A stretch of 64,000 nucleotides of DNA from Acidobacteriaceae bacterium. Its GTDB lineage: Bacteria; Acidobacteriota; Terriglobia; Terriglobales; Acidobacteriaceae. The stretch spans positions 29,395 to 93,394 of the forward strand of contig PLIO01000202.1 of NCBI GenBank assembly GCA_003140075.1. Reading direction: 5' to 3'. The notes beneath the pieces were generated by a model that was not told the origin of the DNA, ran no database searches, and saw only the letters and a list, made by a program, of their open reading frames with translations. Each line of letters begins with the position of its first letter. Positions within the stretch are counted from its first letter, which is position 1. A program made the translations under genes and the position numbers. Of this stretch, positions 28,046 to 37,636 are shown piece after piece.

Positions 28046-29751
28046 AACGCATCGCCATATTCCTCATCATTGCTAGCGCGTGCGCGGGCCTCGGCTGGAC
28101 TGGTTACCGTGGAGCCAATCCGGCTGAGGTAACACCACTCTCGAAATTCGTCTCTGCTGGCCCGTTGCTTTACCTGGAGGCCAAGGATTTTTCCGCACTC
28201 CTTGCGGACTGGAACGCTTCGCCGCAGAAAAAGCAATGGAGCGAAAGCAGTAACTTCGAAGTCTTTTCCCGCTCGCGCCTCTTGTTGCGCCTTAACGGTG
28301 CGGGTGGTCAGTTCGCTGCTGCTGCCGGACTTCCCCCCGACATGAACTTCCTTTCCCAGGTTGCCGGAACTCGCAGCGCTCTGGCCCTGTATGACATCGG
28401 GAACCTGCAATTCCTTTACGTCACTTACCTGCCGTCCGCAAAATCCATGCAGACGACGCTCTGGCAGACTCGCGCCAAGTTCGAGCCACGCAGCGCCGGC
28501 GGCGTGAACTTCTACGTGCGCCGCGATCCCGAGTCGCAAAAGGAGGCCGCCTTCGCGGTTTCCGGCGACTACTTGCTGCTTGCGACCCGCGAAGATCTTC
28601 TGGCGGCCGCTCTGCAATTGATGGCTGGAAGCCAGGATCGCACGGTCGAAAGCGAACCGTGGTGGACGCAATCGATTGCCTCTGCCGGAGAAGCCGGCGA
28701 CTTGCGGATGGTTCTGAACCTCGCGAAGATTGTTCCCAGTTCGTACTTCCGCACCTACTGGGTACAGCAAAACATCACGGACCTGGGGCAGTACTCCGCA
28801 GAGGTCTCCGATTTGTTCCGTTCCAGCAAACAAGACCGCGAAGAGCGTGTGTTGATTCGGAAGGCCGCACCGGACGCGGCGCCGTCTGCGGATGGGCTCG
28901 AAGCCGCCGCCGACCTCGTTCGGCTCGTTCCCGACGGTACGGGAATTTACGAAGCGAAGGCGCATCCCTCGGCCGATTCGTGCTTTGATTTGCTCGAGAC
29001 CAAGCTCCTCGCGCCACATCTAGGCCCGGCACCTGCCTCGCAAATCGCCCCGCAGGTGCAGCTCACTTCAGGTGAAGCGGGTGCAGGTTCCGATCTGGAA
29101 ACCCGAATTGATCAGTCGCCCGTGCAGCGCTCCATCACGCCACCAAATACATCGGGATTGAAGGATTTCCTTGCCAAAACTCAAATCCTCGCCTCACTTG
29201 AGGTGCAATCCACCGAGCGCGACACGGCGGGTGTCTTCGTAAGAATTCATTCCGCGGCTGTGCTTGTCGCACCTTCCGACTGGAACGAGGCAACCGTCCA
29301 ATCTGCGCTCGCCGGTTTTGTGCGTCCAGGCCTCACTGCCAGCGAACTTGGTGTAGCGTGGCAGCAGAAATCTGGCTATCAGGAACTCGACGGCCTGTGG
29401 CCTCTCGTCGCCTCAGTTCGCGGCAAATATCTTCTCATCTCTGATGATCCGAACTTGATGACGGCAATGTTGTCCAACTTCGACCTCAAATCGGATGCGC
29501 AACCCGCAGTTTTCATCGCCGGATTCAACCATTCTCATGAGCGCGCCAACTTCGCGCGCTTCGCGGGCGTAGTCGACCGCCCCAACCGGGCTCAATTCAA
29601 CGTGCCGGGCATGGAGCGGCAACCGCAATTCTTTTCTGAAAACATGGCCAGCCTGAGTTCGACTCTCGCCGCTGTCGGCGCAGAACGCGTCACAGTTCGC
29701 ACCGATGGCGCGAAAGTCTTGCAGACGGTAACTTACGAATGGTCGCAATGA
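28042..29751 (+). CDS. Exported protein of unknown function (possible lipoprotein)
   Basis: 569-aa ORF with an ATGA overlap with the TPR gene and AAGGAGG 10 nt upstream. The N-terminus MKRIAIFLIIASACAG is signal/lipobox-like. I recognise no catalytic motif. Confidence 0.6.
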   Translation: MKRIAIFLIIASACAGLGWTGYRGANPAEVTPLSKFVSAGPLLYLEAKDFSALLADWNASPQKKQWSESSNFEVFSRSRLLLRLNGAGGQFAAAAGLPPDMNFLSQVAGTRSALALYDIGNLQFLYVTYLPSAKSMQTTLWQTRAKFEPRSAGGVNFYVRRDPESQKEAAFAVSGDYLLLATREDLLAAALQLMAGSQDRTVESEPWWTQSIASAGEAGDLRMVLNLAKIVPSSYFRTYWVQQNITDLGQYSAEVSDLFRSSKQDREERVLIRKAAPDAAPSADGLEAAADLVRLVPDGTGIYEAKAHPSADSCFDLLETKLLAPHLGPAPASQIAPQVQLTSGEAGAGSDLETRIDQSPVQRSITPPNTSGLKDFLAKTQILASLEVQSTERDTAGVFVRIHSAAVLVAPSDWNEATVQSALAGFVRPGLTASELGVAWQQKSGYQELDGLWPLVASVRGKYLLISDDPNLMTAMLSNFDLKSDAQPAVFIAGFNHSHERANFARFAGVVDRPNRAQFNVPGMERQPQFFSENMASLSSTLAAVGAERVTVRTDGAKVLQTVTYEWSQ

Positions 29752-30605
29752 GAAATCTGGCGCTGCTACTAATCGCGAGCCTGCTGACGACGTCGTCTTC
29801 CGAGCGTGCCGCCGTTCCGACGCCGGAGCGCGAGAACCTTCCTCGGAACTTGTTGTTTGCCCAATCGGCCAACCAGATGTTGAATCGGGATTTCCCTAGC
29901 AGCGATATTTCGTTTCTGCTACTCGACGCGTCCACAGGCAGAGTGCTGGCCTCGCGGTGGGAAAATCCTGAAGCGCCCATTCCTCTTGGTTCGCTTGTGA
30001 AGCCGTTCACCGCGCTGGCATATGGTGAGCATCACGCATTCCGCTACCCGGCGCACATTTGCCGCGGAACCGCTAGCGGTTGCTGGTTTCCGCGTGGCCA
30101 CGGTGAAGTCGATCTTGTGTCCGCGATCGCATACTCCTGCAACTCTTATTTCAGAATGCTGACCGCAGGAATGAGCGCCCCCGATGTATCGCCCACCGCT
30201 ACGCGCTTTGGCCTCACACTTCCCGCTCCGGAGACCGCGGGGCCTGCACTTGCGGGTCTCGGCAATCGTTGGCGGATTTCGCCGATGAGCATGGCGCGTG
30301 CTTATTTGGAATTGGTCCGCTGGCGCGATCAACCCGGTGTGCGGGAGATTTTCGCCGGAATGGCGCAATCGGCGAGGGAGGGAACCGGATCCGGAGTGGA
30401 TCGCGCTCTGCCATTTCCCGACGCCCTGACGAAGACCGGTACGGCGCAGTGCACTCACCTTCATCGTGCTCCCGGCGACGGCTTCACCATCGCGATGGCG
30501 CCGTCTGACAATCCCCAACTTCTGCTCATGGTTCGCGTGCATGGTGTTCCCGGGGCCGAGACGGCTAAGATTGCAGGACAGATGTTGCGCCGACTTGAGA
30601 AGTGA
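29748..30605 (+). CDS. Stand-alone penicillin-binding / beta-lactamase-fold (transpeptidase-like) domain protein
   Basis: ~285-aa ORF. ATG 29748 gives an ATGA overlap; ATG 29739 is an alternative start. It has a signal peptide and all three active-site motifs: SxxK (GSLVKPF), SxN (YSCNSYF) and KTG (KTGTA). Confidence 0.7.
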   Translation: MRNLALLLIASLLTTSSSERAAVPTPERENLPRNLLFAQSANQMLNRDFPSSDISFLLLDASTGRVLASRWENPEAPIPLGSLVKPFTALAYGEHHAFRYPAHICRGTASGCWFPRGHGEVDLVSAIAYSCNSYFRMLTAGMSAPDVSPTATRFGLTLPAPETAGPALAGLGNRWRISPMSMARAYLELVRWRDQPGVREIFAGMAQSAREGTGSGVDRALPFPDALTKTGTAQCTHLHRAPGDGFTIAMAPSDNPQLLLMVRVHGVPGAETAKIAGQMLRRLEK

Positions 30606-31744
30606 CTGGCCTTGCACGGATGAAAATCACAATCGCATTCTTCTCGCTGATTTTCGTAAGTTCCTCGGGTGTAGCCCAGGACGTGCGCGTCGGTGTGTTC
30701 GGCCTGTTCCATCCCGATCGACTTGTGGTCAGCGCTCGAACCGGTTCTGCAGTGGTTGTGCATGTCGCAGAGGAGTCCTTGGTGCTGGAGGAAAGCTCGG
30801 GTGTGAACATCGCCGACATCCGCGTCAGCGGGGACAACGTTGTTCTGCGCGTTGGAACCCGCATCTTCCATAACCCAAGAATCACCGTTACCAGCCGCAA
30901 CAACGGCCCCGCCGACTTCAACCTCGCCATCGCCGGTAGGATCACGCGGCACTATCGCGGCACGCTCGAAGTGAAACCTTATGCCCGAGCGCTTACGGCC
31001 GTTGTAACCATGGATCTGGAAACCGCCGTGGCCTCGGTTGTGGCTGCCGAAAGCGCGAGCGACACGCCAGCCGAAGCGGTGAAAGCTCTGGCCGTGGCGG
31101 CACGATCTTATTTCGCTGCCGGAAAAGGCCGCCACCACGATTTTGATTTCTGCGATACCACTCACTGCCAGTTTCTAAGAGCGCCGCCGGCAAACAACTC
31201 CTCCGCCGCGCAGGCGGTCGATGCCACTCGGGGATTGGTGATCGCTTACCAATCCCAACCTTTCGCTGCGATGTATACGCGCAGCTGCAGCGGGCGTACG
31301 CTCACTCCTGATGAACTAAGCCTGCCTCCCGCCGCTTATCCTTACTACTCTGTCGATTGCAAGTATTGCCGCGAGCACCCATCGCAATGGCAGAGCCGGC
31401 TCTCTTCTGAGGATGCTGTGGCCCTGCGGGGTTCGAACGAGTCTTCGCGGCTAAGCCTCGACCGTCGATTAGGATGGAGCGCCGTCCCAAGCAATACCTT
31501 CGTTGTCCGAAGAGAGGGCGAGCAAACCATCCTGCGGGGAGTCGGCCGGGGACACGGTATGGGCCTCTGCCAGGCTGGGGCCAAAGCAATGGCCGAAGAA
31601 GGCGCGACTTACCGCGAAATCCTTGCTCACTATTATGCGAATACAGACGTCATCCCGCTGGGCGGTGTTCCGCCACCGCGTCGATTGACCGAACGCTCAC
31701 GATCACGGCAATTCGACGGATTATCTGTACCGCTAAAGAAGTGA
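30602..31744 (+). CDS. SpoIID/LytB-domain protein (peptidoglycan lytic transglycosylase / amidase-enhancer family)
   Basis: 380-aa ORF with a GTGA overlap with the PBP-like gene; ATG 30620 is an alternative start. It has a signal peptide MKITIAFFSLIFVSSSGVAQD and the SpoIID signature PAEAVKALAVAARSYF...HHDFDFCDTTHCQ. Confidence 0.8.
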   Translation: MTGLARMKITIAFFSLIFVSSSGVAQDVRVGVFGLFHPDRLVVSARTGSAVVVHVAEESLVLEESSGVNIADIRVSGDNVVLRVGTRIFHNPRITVTSRNNGPADFNLAIAGRITRHYRGTLEVKPYARALTAVVTMDLETAVASVVAAESASDTPAEAVKALAVAARSYFAAGKGRHHDFDFCDTTHCQFLRAPPANNSSAAQAVDATRGLVIAYQSQPFAAMYTRSCSGRTLTPDELSLPPAAYPYYSVDCKYCREHPSQWQSRLSSEDAVALRGSNESSRLSLDRRLGWSAVPSNTFVVRREGEQTILRGVGRGHGMGLCQAGAKAMAEEGATYREILAHYYANTDVIPLGGVPPPRRLTERSRSRQFDGLSVPLKK

Positions 31745-31916
31745 TCGCTCGAATTCAAATTGTTGATTCCATGTCCCCACCGACAAATCTGAGGGAAGCG
31801 GCTAAGTCATTTTTCTGGTATTGGTTGCTCGCCGTAGGTCGAGATGAGCTCCGGATCGCTCGCGAACCATCGTGGCGGGTTCTTCAGCTTTGCAGCGCCG
31901 ACGCTGCAGAACATCA

Positions 31917-31946
31917 TTGACGGAGAGACGCAGAACGTCCTAAACT
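31917..31946 (+). promoter_or_regulatory. Candidate sigma70-type promoter of the his leader (TTGACG-N18-TAAACT)
   Basis: Hexamers read by eye. The -10 hexamer ends 9 nt before the GTG of the His-rich leader ORF. Confidence 0.3.
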
Positions 31947-31955
31947 TTAAGCGTT

Positions 31956-32030
31956 GTGACTTTGCTGAACCATCACGGCCACCATCATCACCATCATGCG
32001 ATAAGCGTGTCGGTGGAGCACTTCGGATGA
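31956..32030 (+). CDS. hisL: Histidine operon leader peptide (24 aa: V/M-TLLNHHGHHHHHHAISVSVEHFG)
   Basis: Small ORF GTG ACT TTG CTG AAC CAT CAC GGC CAC CAT CAT CAC CAT CAT GCG ... TGA. It has 8 His codons in a 9-codon window (31971-31997). A rho-independent terminator lies 29 nt downstream and hisI starts 122 nt downstream. The ORF is too short for the supplied ORF track. The symbol is by analogy only. Confidence 0.7.
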   Translation: MTLLNHHGHHHHHHAISVSVEHFG

Positions 32031-32058
32031 CGGCCTAACAGCACTAATAGGAAATCCA

Positions 32059-32101
32059 AGCCCGCTGATGCGAACCTCGCAACAGCGGGCTTTTTGTTTT
32101 T
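32059..32101 (+). terminator. Intrinsic terminator (attenuator) between the his leader peptide and hisI
   Basis: A 9-bp stem, AGCCCGCTG (32059-67) paired with CAGCGGGCT (32083-91). The loop holds a small GCGA/TCGC helix, and the stem is followed by TTTTTGTTTTT (32091-32101). Confidence 0.75.
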
Positions 32102-32151
32102 GCCGCGAGCGCTCGACGCTCAGGAGATGGACGAAGAGAAGGAGGTTTGGA

Positions 32152-32511
32152 ATGGAGATCGACTTCGACAAGATGCAAGGCCTGGTGCCTGCGGTGATTC
32201 AGGACTGGGGTAGCGGAGAATTGCTGATGGTGGGTTTCATGAACCGCGAGGCGCTGGAGAGCACGTTGCATAAGGGTTTCGTCACATTCTACAGTCGCAC
32301 TCGACAGAAGCTATGGACGAAAGGAGAAACCTCCGGCAATCGTCTGGAAGTTGTGGCAGCGCTCACGGACTGCGACCGCGACACAGTGTTGTTGCGGGTT
32401 CGTGTGCTCGGCCCCGGCAAAGTTTGCCACACGGGGTCGAGATCGTGTTTCACGCAGGAACTGCCGTTGGCCGCAGCGTCACGGACTGTGGAAGAGGAGA
32501 TGCGGCGATGA
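32152..32511 (+). CDS. hisI: Phosphoribosyl-AMP cyclohydrolase (monofunctional, no HisE domain)
   Basis: 119 aa counted from ATG 32152 (AAGGAGG upstream). Motifs: [44 protein letters not shown]. The track ORF starts upstream at 32068, inside the terminator, which is unlikely. Confidence 0.9.
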   Translation: MEIDFDKMQGLVPAVIQDWGSGELLMVGFMNREALESTLHKGFVTFYSRTRQKLWTKGETSGNRLEVVAALTDCDRDTVLLRVRVLGPGKVCHTGSRSCFTQELPLAAASRTVEEEMRR

Positions 32512-33377
32512 AACTGCGTCTGGGTATTCCTAAGGGAAGTTTGCAGGAGGCGACGCTCAACCTATTCACGCGCGCGGGGCTGCGCGTCTACACGAGCGCG
32601 CGCTCATACTTCGCGGCCACCGACGATCCTGAGATCGAATGTCTGCTCATTCGCGCGCAGGAAATGGCGCGCTACGTCGAACACGGTGCGCTCGACGCGG
32701 GTTTAACCGGCCTCGACTGGGTGCTGGAAAGCGGTCTCGATGTGGTCAGCGTCACCGACCTGATTTATGCGAAACAAAGTATGGGTAAGGTGAAGTGGGT
32801 GCTGGCCGTGCCGGAGGATTCGGAATTCCAGAAGCCCGAAGACCTGGAGGGACGGATCGTTGCCACTGAGCTGGTGAGCTTTACGCGGAATTACTTTGCC
32901 AGCCGCAACGTGCCGGTGCGGGTCGAGTTCTCCTGGGGCGCGACTGAAGTTAAGCCGCCGCTGCTGGCGGATGCCATCGTAGAGATAACTGAGACTGGGA
33001 GTTCGCTGCGTGCCAATCATTTGAGAATTATCGAAACCGTGCTGGAGTCGAATACGCAACTGGTCGCGAACAAGGCGGCCTGGGCCGATCCTGAGCGGCG
33101 GCAGAAGATCGAAAACCTGGCGGTGATGTTGTGCGGAGCCATGGCTGCTCTGGGCCGCGTCGGACTGATGCTCAACGTGCGGAAACCAGATTTGGCCGCT
33201 GTTCTGGGCCTGCTGCCTGCGTTGAAGAATCCCACGGTTGCGCCCTTGGCCGATGGAGAGTGGGTCGCGGTCAATACGGTCATCGAAGAGCACACCGCCT
33301 GGTCGCTGATTCCAAAGCTCAAGCAAGCGAACGCGCAAGGGATCGTCGAGTATCCGCTGAACAAGGTGGTGATGTGA
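32508..33377 (+). CDS. hisG: ATP phosphoribosyltransferase, long form
   Basis: 289 aa from ATG 32508, with an ATGA overlap with hisI. It begins [17 protein letters not shown] and has the C-terminal regulatory domain. Confidence 0.9.
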   Translation: MKLRLGIPKGSLQEATLNLFTRAGLRVYTSARSYFAATDDPEIECLLIRAQEMARYVEHGALDAGLTGLDWVLESGLDVVSVTDLIYAKQSMGKVKWVLAVPEDSEFQKPEDLEGRIVATELVSFTRNYFASRNVPVRVEFSWGATEVKPPLLADAIVEITETGSSLRANHLRIIETVLESNTQLVANKAAWADPERRQKIENLAVMLCGAMAALGRVGLMLNVRKPDLAAVLGLLPALKNPTVAPLADGEWVAVNTVIEEHTAWSLIPKLKQANAQGIVEYPLNKVVM

Positions 33378-34630
33378 TGCGGATTCGCATTCTGGACGGA
33401 CCTAAGAGAGACCGGTTCGTACGGGCGCTGGAGCAGCGCGGCGCGAACGATCTCGCCGAAATCGAACCGGCGGTGCGACGCATTGTAAACAACGTCCGGC
33501 GCGACGGGGATCGGGCGTTGCGTCGTTATGCAGAGCGCTGGGATGGGTTGGGAAAAACCGAACCTGCGCGCGTGCCCGAGGCGGAGTTACAGGAGGCCTG
33601 GAAGCAAACCGCTCCGGAACTGCGGGACGCCATCGCGCAATCCGCAGCGAACATTCGCCGCTACTGCGAGTGGCAGAAGCCGGAAGAATGGCGGCGCGAG
33701 ATTCAACCCGGAGTTTGCGTAGGACAGTTGGTGCGTCCGCTGGAATCGGTGGGCTGTTACGTGCCCGGTGGCCGCTACCCACTGCCCTCTACCTTGCTGA
33801 TGACGGTGATACCAGCGCAGGTTGCGGGCGTTCCGCAGATTCGAGTAGCGTCGCCGCACCCGGCTCAAGCGACTCTGGCGGCTGCCGCATTTCTCGGCGT
33901 GCGCGAGTTCTACCGCGTGGGTGGGGCACAAGCAATCGCAGCATATGCTTATGGAACGAAGAGCGTTCCGCGCGTGAACAAGATCGTCGGTCCCGGCAAC
34001 CGGTACGTGACCGCAGCCAAAAAGCTGGTTGCATTCGATTGTGGCATCGAATTCCTTGCGGGTCCCACGGAGGCGGTGTTCATCAGCGAGACCGGCGATC
34101 CAGTTCTGATTGCCTGCGATTTAATCGCGCAGGCGGAACACGATCCCGACGCGCTCTGCCTCATGATTACGAATTCGCGCCAACTAGCTAAAGGTGTGCA
34201 GGCAGAGGCGCAGTGGCGAGCGCAGGTTAATTCAATTGCCGCTGAATCGCTCGCCCGTCGCGGAGCTATTCTTTTGGTTGAATCTCTCGAGGCGGCGATC
34301 GAGATTGCGAACCGCATCGCGGCCGAGCATCTTACTTTGCCCGCGGCCCTGGCGCAGAAAGTTCGAAATGCGGGTTCGATTTTTCTGAACGAGTTCACCC
34401 CGCAGTCTGCGGGGGACTACATCTCGGGTCCGAATCACGTATTGCCGACGGGAGCGATGGCACGCGTGCGGGGCGGCCTGAGCGTGTTGGATTTCGTTCG
34501 CGTTATTTCCTGCCAAAAAATCTCTCGCGAAGGGATTCGCCGCATCGCTCCACCGGCCATCGCGCTCGCCGAAGCCGAGGGCCTCCGTGGACACACGGAG
34601 TCACTGCGGGTGAGGTGCTCGAATGCTTGA
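33377..34630 (+). CDS. hisD: Histidinol dehydrogenase
   Basis: 417 aa from ATG 33377, in a TGATG overlap with hisG. Motifs: QAEHDP and GPNHVLPT. Confidence 0.9.
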   Translation: MRIRILDGPKRDRFVRALEQRGANDLAEIEPAVRRIVNNVRRDGDRALRRYAERWDGLGKTEPARVPEAELQEAWKQTAPELRDAIAQSAANIRRYCEWQKPEEWRREIQPGVCVGQLVRPLESVGCYVPGGRYPLPSTLLMTVIPAQVAGVPQIRVASPHPAQATLAAAAFLGVREFYRVGGAQAIAAYAYGTKSVPRVNKIVGPGNRYVTAAKKLVAFDCGIEFLAGPTEAVFISETGDPVLIACDLIAQAEHDPDALCLMITNSRQLAKGVQAEAQWRAQVNSIAAESLARRGAILLVESLEAAIEIANRIAAEHLTLPAALAQKVRNAGSIFLNEFTPQSAGDYISGPNHVLPTGAMARVRGGLSVLDFVRVISCQKISREGIRRIAPPAIALAEAEGLRGHTESLRVRCSNA

Positions 34631-35699
34631 AGCCCGCTCGGCAGTGAAGAGTTTGCATGCCTATCGGCCGCCGCTGGCTGGACGGCAAGGACTGCGTCTT
34701 GATTTCAACGAGAGCACGATCGGTTGCTCGCCGCGCGTGTTAGCGCGGCTGCGCTCCCTCGATGCCGAACTGCTGGCACGTTATCCCGAGCGTGAGCCGG
34801 TGGAGGCCGAGGTCGCCGATTTTTTCGGACTCGATGCGGCGCAGGTTCTGCTCACGAACGGAGTGGATGAGGCCATTCACCTGCTGTGCGCGACTTATAT
34901 CGATCCCGGAGACGAAGCGATTATCGTAGTACCGACGTTTGCGATGTATGCCATCTTCGCGCAGGCGGAAGGGGCTCGCTTGATCCCGGTTCATTCACGC
35001 GATAATTTTTCCTTTCCCTTGGAAGAACTGCTCTCGCGAATCAGCGCACGTACGCGGCTGATCGCGGTGGCGAATCCTAACAATCCTACGGGCGCGGCGG
35101 TTAACTGCGAAATTCTGCTCCAAGTCGCTCATGCGGCGCCGCAAGCGGCGGTGTTGGTGGACGAAGCCTATTTTGAATTTCACGGTGAGACTATGCTCAA
35201 CCGTTCCGCGCGACCGCCAAATCTCTTCGTAGCACGCACATTCTCCAAGGCGTACGGATTGGCTGGTCTTCGTATCGGCGTTCTCGTTGGAGATGCGGAA
35301 CAGATGGCGATGGTGCGCCGCGTCGCTTCGCCGTACAACGTGAATGCGGTTGCGTTGGCGGTGTTGCCGGAGGCGCTTCGCGATCAGAAATACGTCGAAC
35401 ATTATGTTGCCGAAGTGGAGAACGGCCGCGGAGTGTTGGAGCAGGAGTTCAAGACTCTTGGCCTCCATTACTGGCCGAGCCGAGCCAACTTTGTGCTCGT
35501 GCGCGTTGGTCCAGCCCACGCGGAATTCATGCAGGCCCTGCGGGCGCGGGGAATCCTGGTGCGCGACCGGAATTCCGATCCGGGATGCGAAGGCTGCGTG
35601 CGCCTGACCGTGGGTTCAAACGAACATACGAGAACTCTGATTAACGCGCTGCGCGATGTGGTCAGGGAACTCAGGGACTATCGCGAGGTGGGAGCGTGA
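34623..35699 (+). CDS. hisC: Histidinol-phosphate aminotransferase
   Basis: 358 aa with an 8-nt overlap with hisD. It has the class-II aminotransferase PLP-lysine motif [14 protein letters not shown]. Confidence 0.85.
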   Translation: MLEARSAVKSLHAYRPPLAGRQGLRLDFNESTIGCSPRVLARLRSLDAELLARYPEREPVEAEVADFFGLDAAQVLLTNGVDEAIHLLCATYIDPGDEAIIVVPTFAMYAIFAQAEGARLIPVHSRDNFSFPLEELLSRISARTRLIAVANPNNPTGAAVNCEILLQVAHAAPQAAVLVDEAYFEFHGETMLNRSARPPNLFVARTFSKAYGLAGLRIGVLVGDAEQMAMVRRVASPYNVNAVALAVLPEALRDQKYVEHYVAEVENGRGVLEQEFKTLGLHYWPSRANFVLVRVGPAHAEFMQALRARGILVRDRNSDPGCEGCVRLTVGSNEHTRTLINALRDVVRELRDYREVGA

Positions 35700-36283
35700 G
35701 GAAGGCGAAGCTGCACCGCAAGACCGCGGAAACCGAGATTCGGATTGCGCTCACGATTGAGGGCCGAGGAAAGTACGAGGTATCAACCGGAATTCGTTTT
35801 CTGGATCACATGCTGGAACTTTTCACCCGGCACGGCGGATTCGATCTGAAACTGGCAGCAGTGGGCGATTTGGACGTGGATCAGCACCATACCGTGGAAG
35901 ACGTAGGGATTGCTCTCGGTGAAGTCTTTGACCGCGCCTTGGGAGATCGCCGAGGAATTTTGCGCGCGGGTTATTTTGTCATGCCGATGGATGAAACTCT
36001 CGGTTTGGCGGCGGTCGATTTCGGCGGACGGTCGGCCGCGGTCGTCGACGCCAAAGTTCGTGCGGCGCGCGTAGGAGATCTGCAAGTGGAATTGGTGAGC
36101 GATTTTTTCGAAGGCTTTGCGCGCGGCGCACGCGCCAATGTTCATGTGCGCGTGCTTTATGGGCGCTCCAGCCATCACAAGATTGAAGCTATCTTCAAAG
36201 CTTTCGCACGGGCTTTGCGCGCGGCGTGCTCGCGCGATCGCCGCCTGGGCTTGATGCTGCCGAGCACCAAGGGACTTCTATGA
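35696..36283 (+). CDS. hisB: Imidazoleglycerol-phosphate dehydratase
   Basis: 195 aa with a GTGA overlap with hisC. Motifs: [22 protein letters not shown] and [16 protein letters not shown]. Confidence 0.9.
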   Translation: MRKAKLHRKTAETEIRIALTIEGRGKYEVSTGIRFLDHMLELFTRHGGFDLKLAAVGDLDVDQHHTVEDVGIALGEVFDRALGDRRGILRAGYFVMPMDETLGLAAVDFGGRSAAVVDAKVRAARVGDLQVELVSDFFEGFARGARANVHVRVLYGRSSHHKIEAIFKAFARALRAACSRDRRLGLMLPSTKGLL

Positions 36284-36870
36284 TCGCGATCGTGGATTAC
36301 GGCGCGGGCAATCTGAACTCGGTCAAGAAGGCGTTTGATTTTCTCGGGGCTGACGTTGTGGTGACGGACCGGCGCGAGATCGTGGAGAACGCGGACAAAA
36401 TCGTCCTGCCTGGGGTGGGACATTTCTCGTCTCTGCAAACTCTGAGCCGCACGGGTTTGTGGGACGCCCTGCTGCAAGCCGCTTTCGCCGGCAAACCATT
36501 TCTCGGAATCTGCCTGGGAATGCAATGGCTCTTCGAAGGGAGCGCGGAGTGCAACGACATCACGGGAGCGGGTATCTTCACCGGCCGATGCCGGCAATTT
36601 CCAGCAGCTATGAAGTCGCCGCATGTCGGCTGGAATTCGCTGGCCATTCAGCCGGGCTCACGGCTGCTGCGAGGCGTCGCGCAGGAATCGTTTGTCTACT
36701 ACACGCACAGCTTTTATGCGCCTGTTGTTGAAGCCACGGCTGCCACCAGCGAATACGGGCTGCCGTTTGCCGGCGCCGTGGAGCGAGGCAACATTTTCGG
36801 AGTGCAGTTTCATCCGGAGAAATCAGGTGACGTCGGTCTCGCGATCCTGAAGAATTTCTGTGAGGTCTGA
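36280..36870 (+). CDS. hisH: Imidazole glycerol phosphate synthase, glutamine amidotransferase subunit
   Basis: 196 aa from ATG 36280, with an ATGA overlap with hisB. Motifs: [24 protein letters not shown] (nucleophile Cys) and FHPEKS. Confidence 0.9.
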   Translation: MIAIVDYGAGNLNSVKKAFDFLGADVVVTDRREIVENADKIVLPGVGHFSSLQTLSRTGLWDALLQAAFAGKPFLGICLGMQWLFEGSAECNDITGAGIFTGRCRQFPAAMKSPHVGWNSLAIQPGSRLLRGVAQESFVYYTHSFYAPVVEATAATSEYGLPFAGAVERGNIFGVQFHPEKSGDVGLAILKNFCEV

Positions 36871-37636
36871 GGTGTTGACCAAGCGCATCATCGCCTGCCT
36901 GGATATGGACGGCGGCCGCGTAGTGAAGGGCGTGCGGTTCAAGAATCTCCGCGACGCCGGCGATCCGGCGGAGTGTGCAGCCGCCCACGCCCGCAGCGGC
37001 GCAGATGAAATCGTGCTCCTTGACATTACCGCGACGAGTGGCAATCGGCACACCCTGCTCGAAGCGGTTCGCGGGACGGCACGGTCGCTGTTTGTTCCGT
37101 TTACGGTAGGCGGAGGAATTCGACAGCTCGACGATGCAGCGGCGGTTTTCGATGCGGGCGCGGACAAGATCGCCATCAACTCAGCTGCCGTGCGCGACCC
37201 CGCTTTGATCGGAAAGATTGCGGGGCGCTTTGGTTCGCAGGCAGTTGTCGTGGCCATTGATGCAAGAAAAAAAGAAGACGGATGTTTTGAAGTGTTCGTT
37301 GCTGGGGGACGCGTGCCCACGGGTCGCGACGCGATTCAATGGGCACGGGAAGCAGCCGCGAGCGGAGCGGGGGAGATCCTCCTGACCTCGATGGACAGGG
37401 ACGGAACTCAATCCGGATTTGACTGCGGATTAGTGCGCGCGGTGGCTGAGGCTGTCTCGATTCCTGTGATTGCTTCAGGCGGCGCTGGATCAGCGCGCGA
37501 CTTCATCGAAGTCTTTCACGAAGGTCGCGCAGACGCGGCTCTGGCCGCATCCATCTTTCATTTCGGCATCGAGAATATCGCGGAACTGAAACACGAGCTG
37601 CGCGATGCCGGCGTACCGGTGAGGTGGCCATGCTGA
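36860..37636 (+). CDS. hisF: Imidazole glycerol phosphate synthase, cyclase subunit
   Basis: ~255 aa. The start is GTG 36860 or 36872. Motifs: [30 protein letters not shown] and ASGGAG. Confidence 0.9.
   Translation: MRSEVLTKRIIACLDMDGGRVVKGVRFKNLRDAGDPAECAAAHARSGADEIVLLDITATSGNRHTLLEAVRGTARSLFVPFTVGGGIRQLDDAAAVFDAGADKIAINSAAVRDPALIGKIAGRFGSQAVVVAIDARKKEDGCFEVFVAGGRVPTGRDAIQWAREAAASGAGEILLTSMDRDGTQSGFDCGLVRAVAEAVSIPVIASGGAGSARDFIEVFHEGRADAALAASIFHFGIENIAELKHELRDAGVPVRWPC

Noticed and set aside
32068-32151. The N-terminal 28-aa extension of the hisI ORF in the track. Similar upstream extensions occur for hisG (32313), hisD (33131) and hisH (36226).
   Set aside because: These extensions run through the attenuator terminator or deep into the preceding his gene. 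Conserved N-termini with overlapping start/stop codons and Shine-Dalgarno sequences mark the shorter starts.
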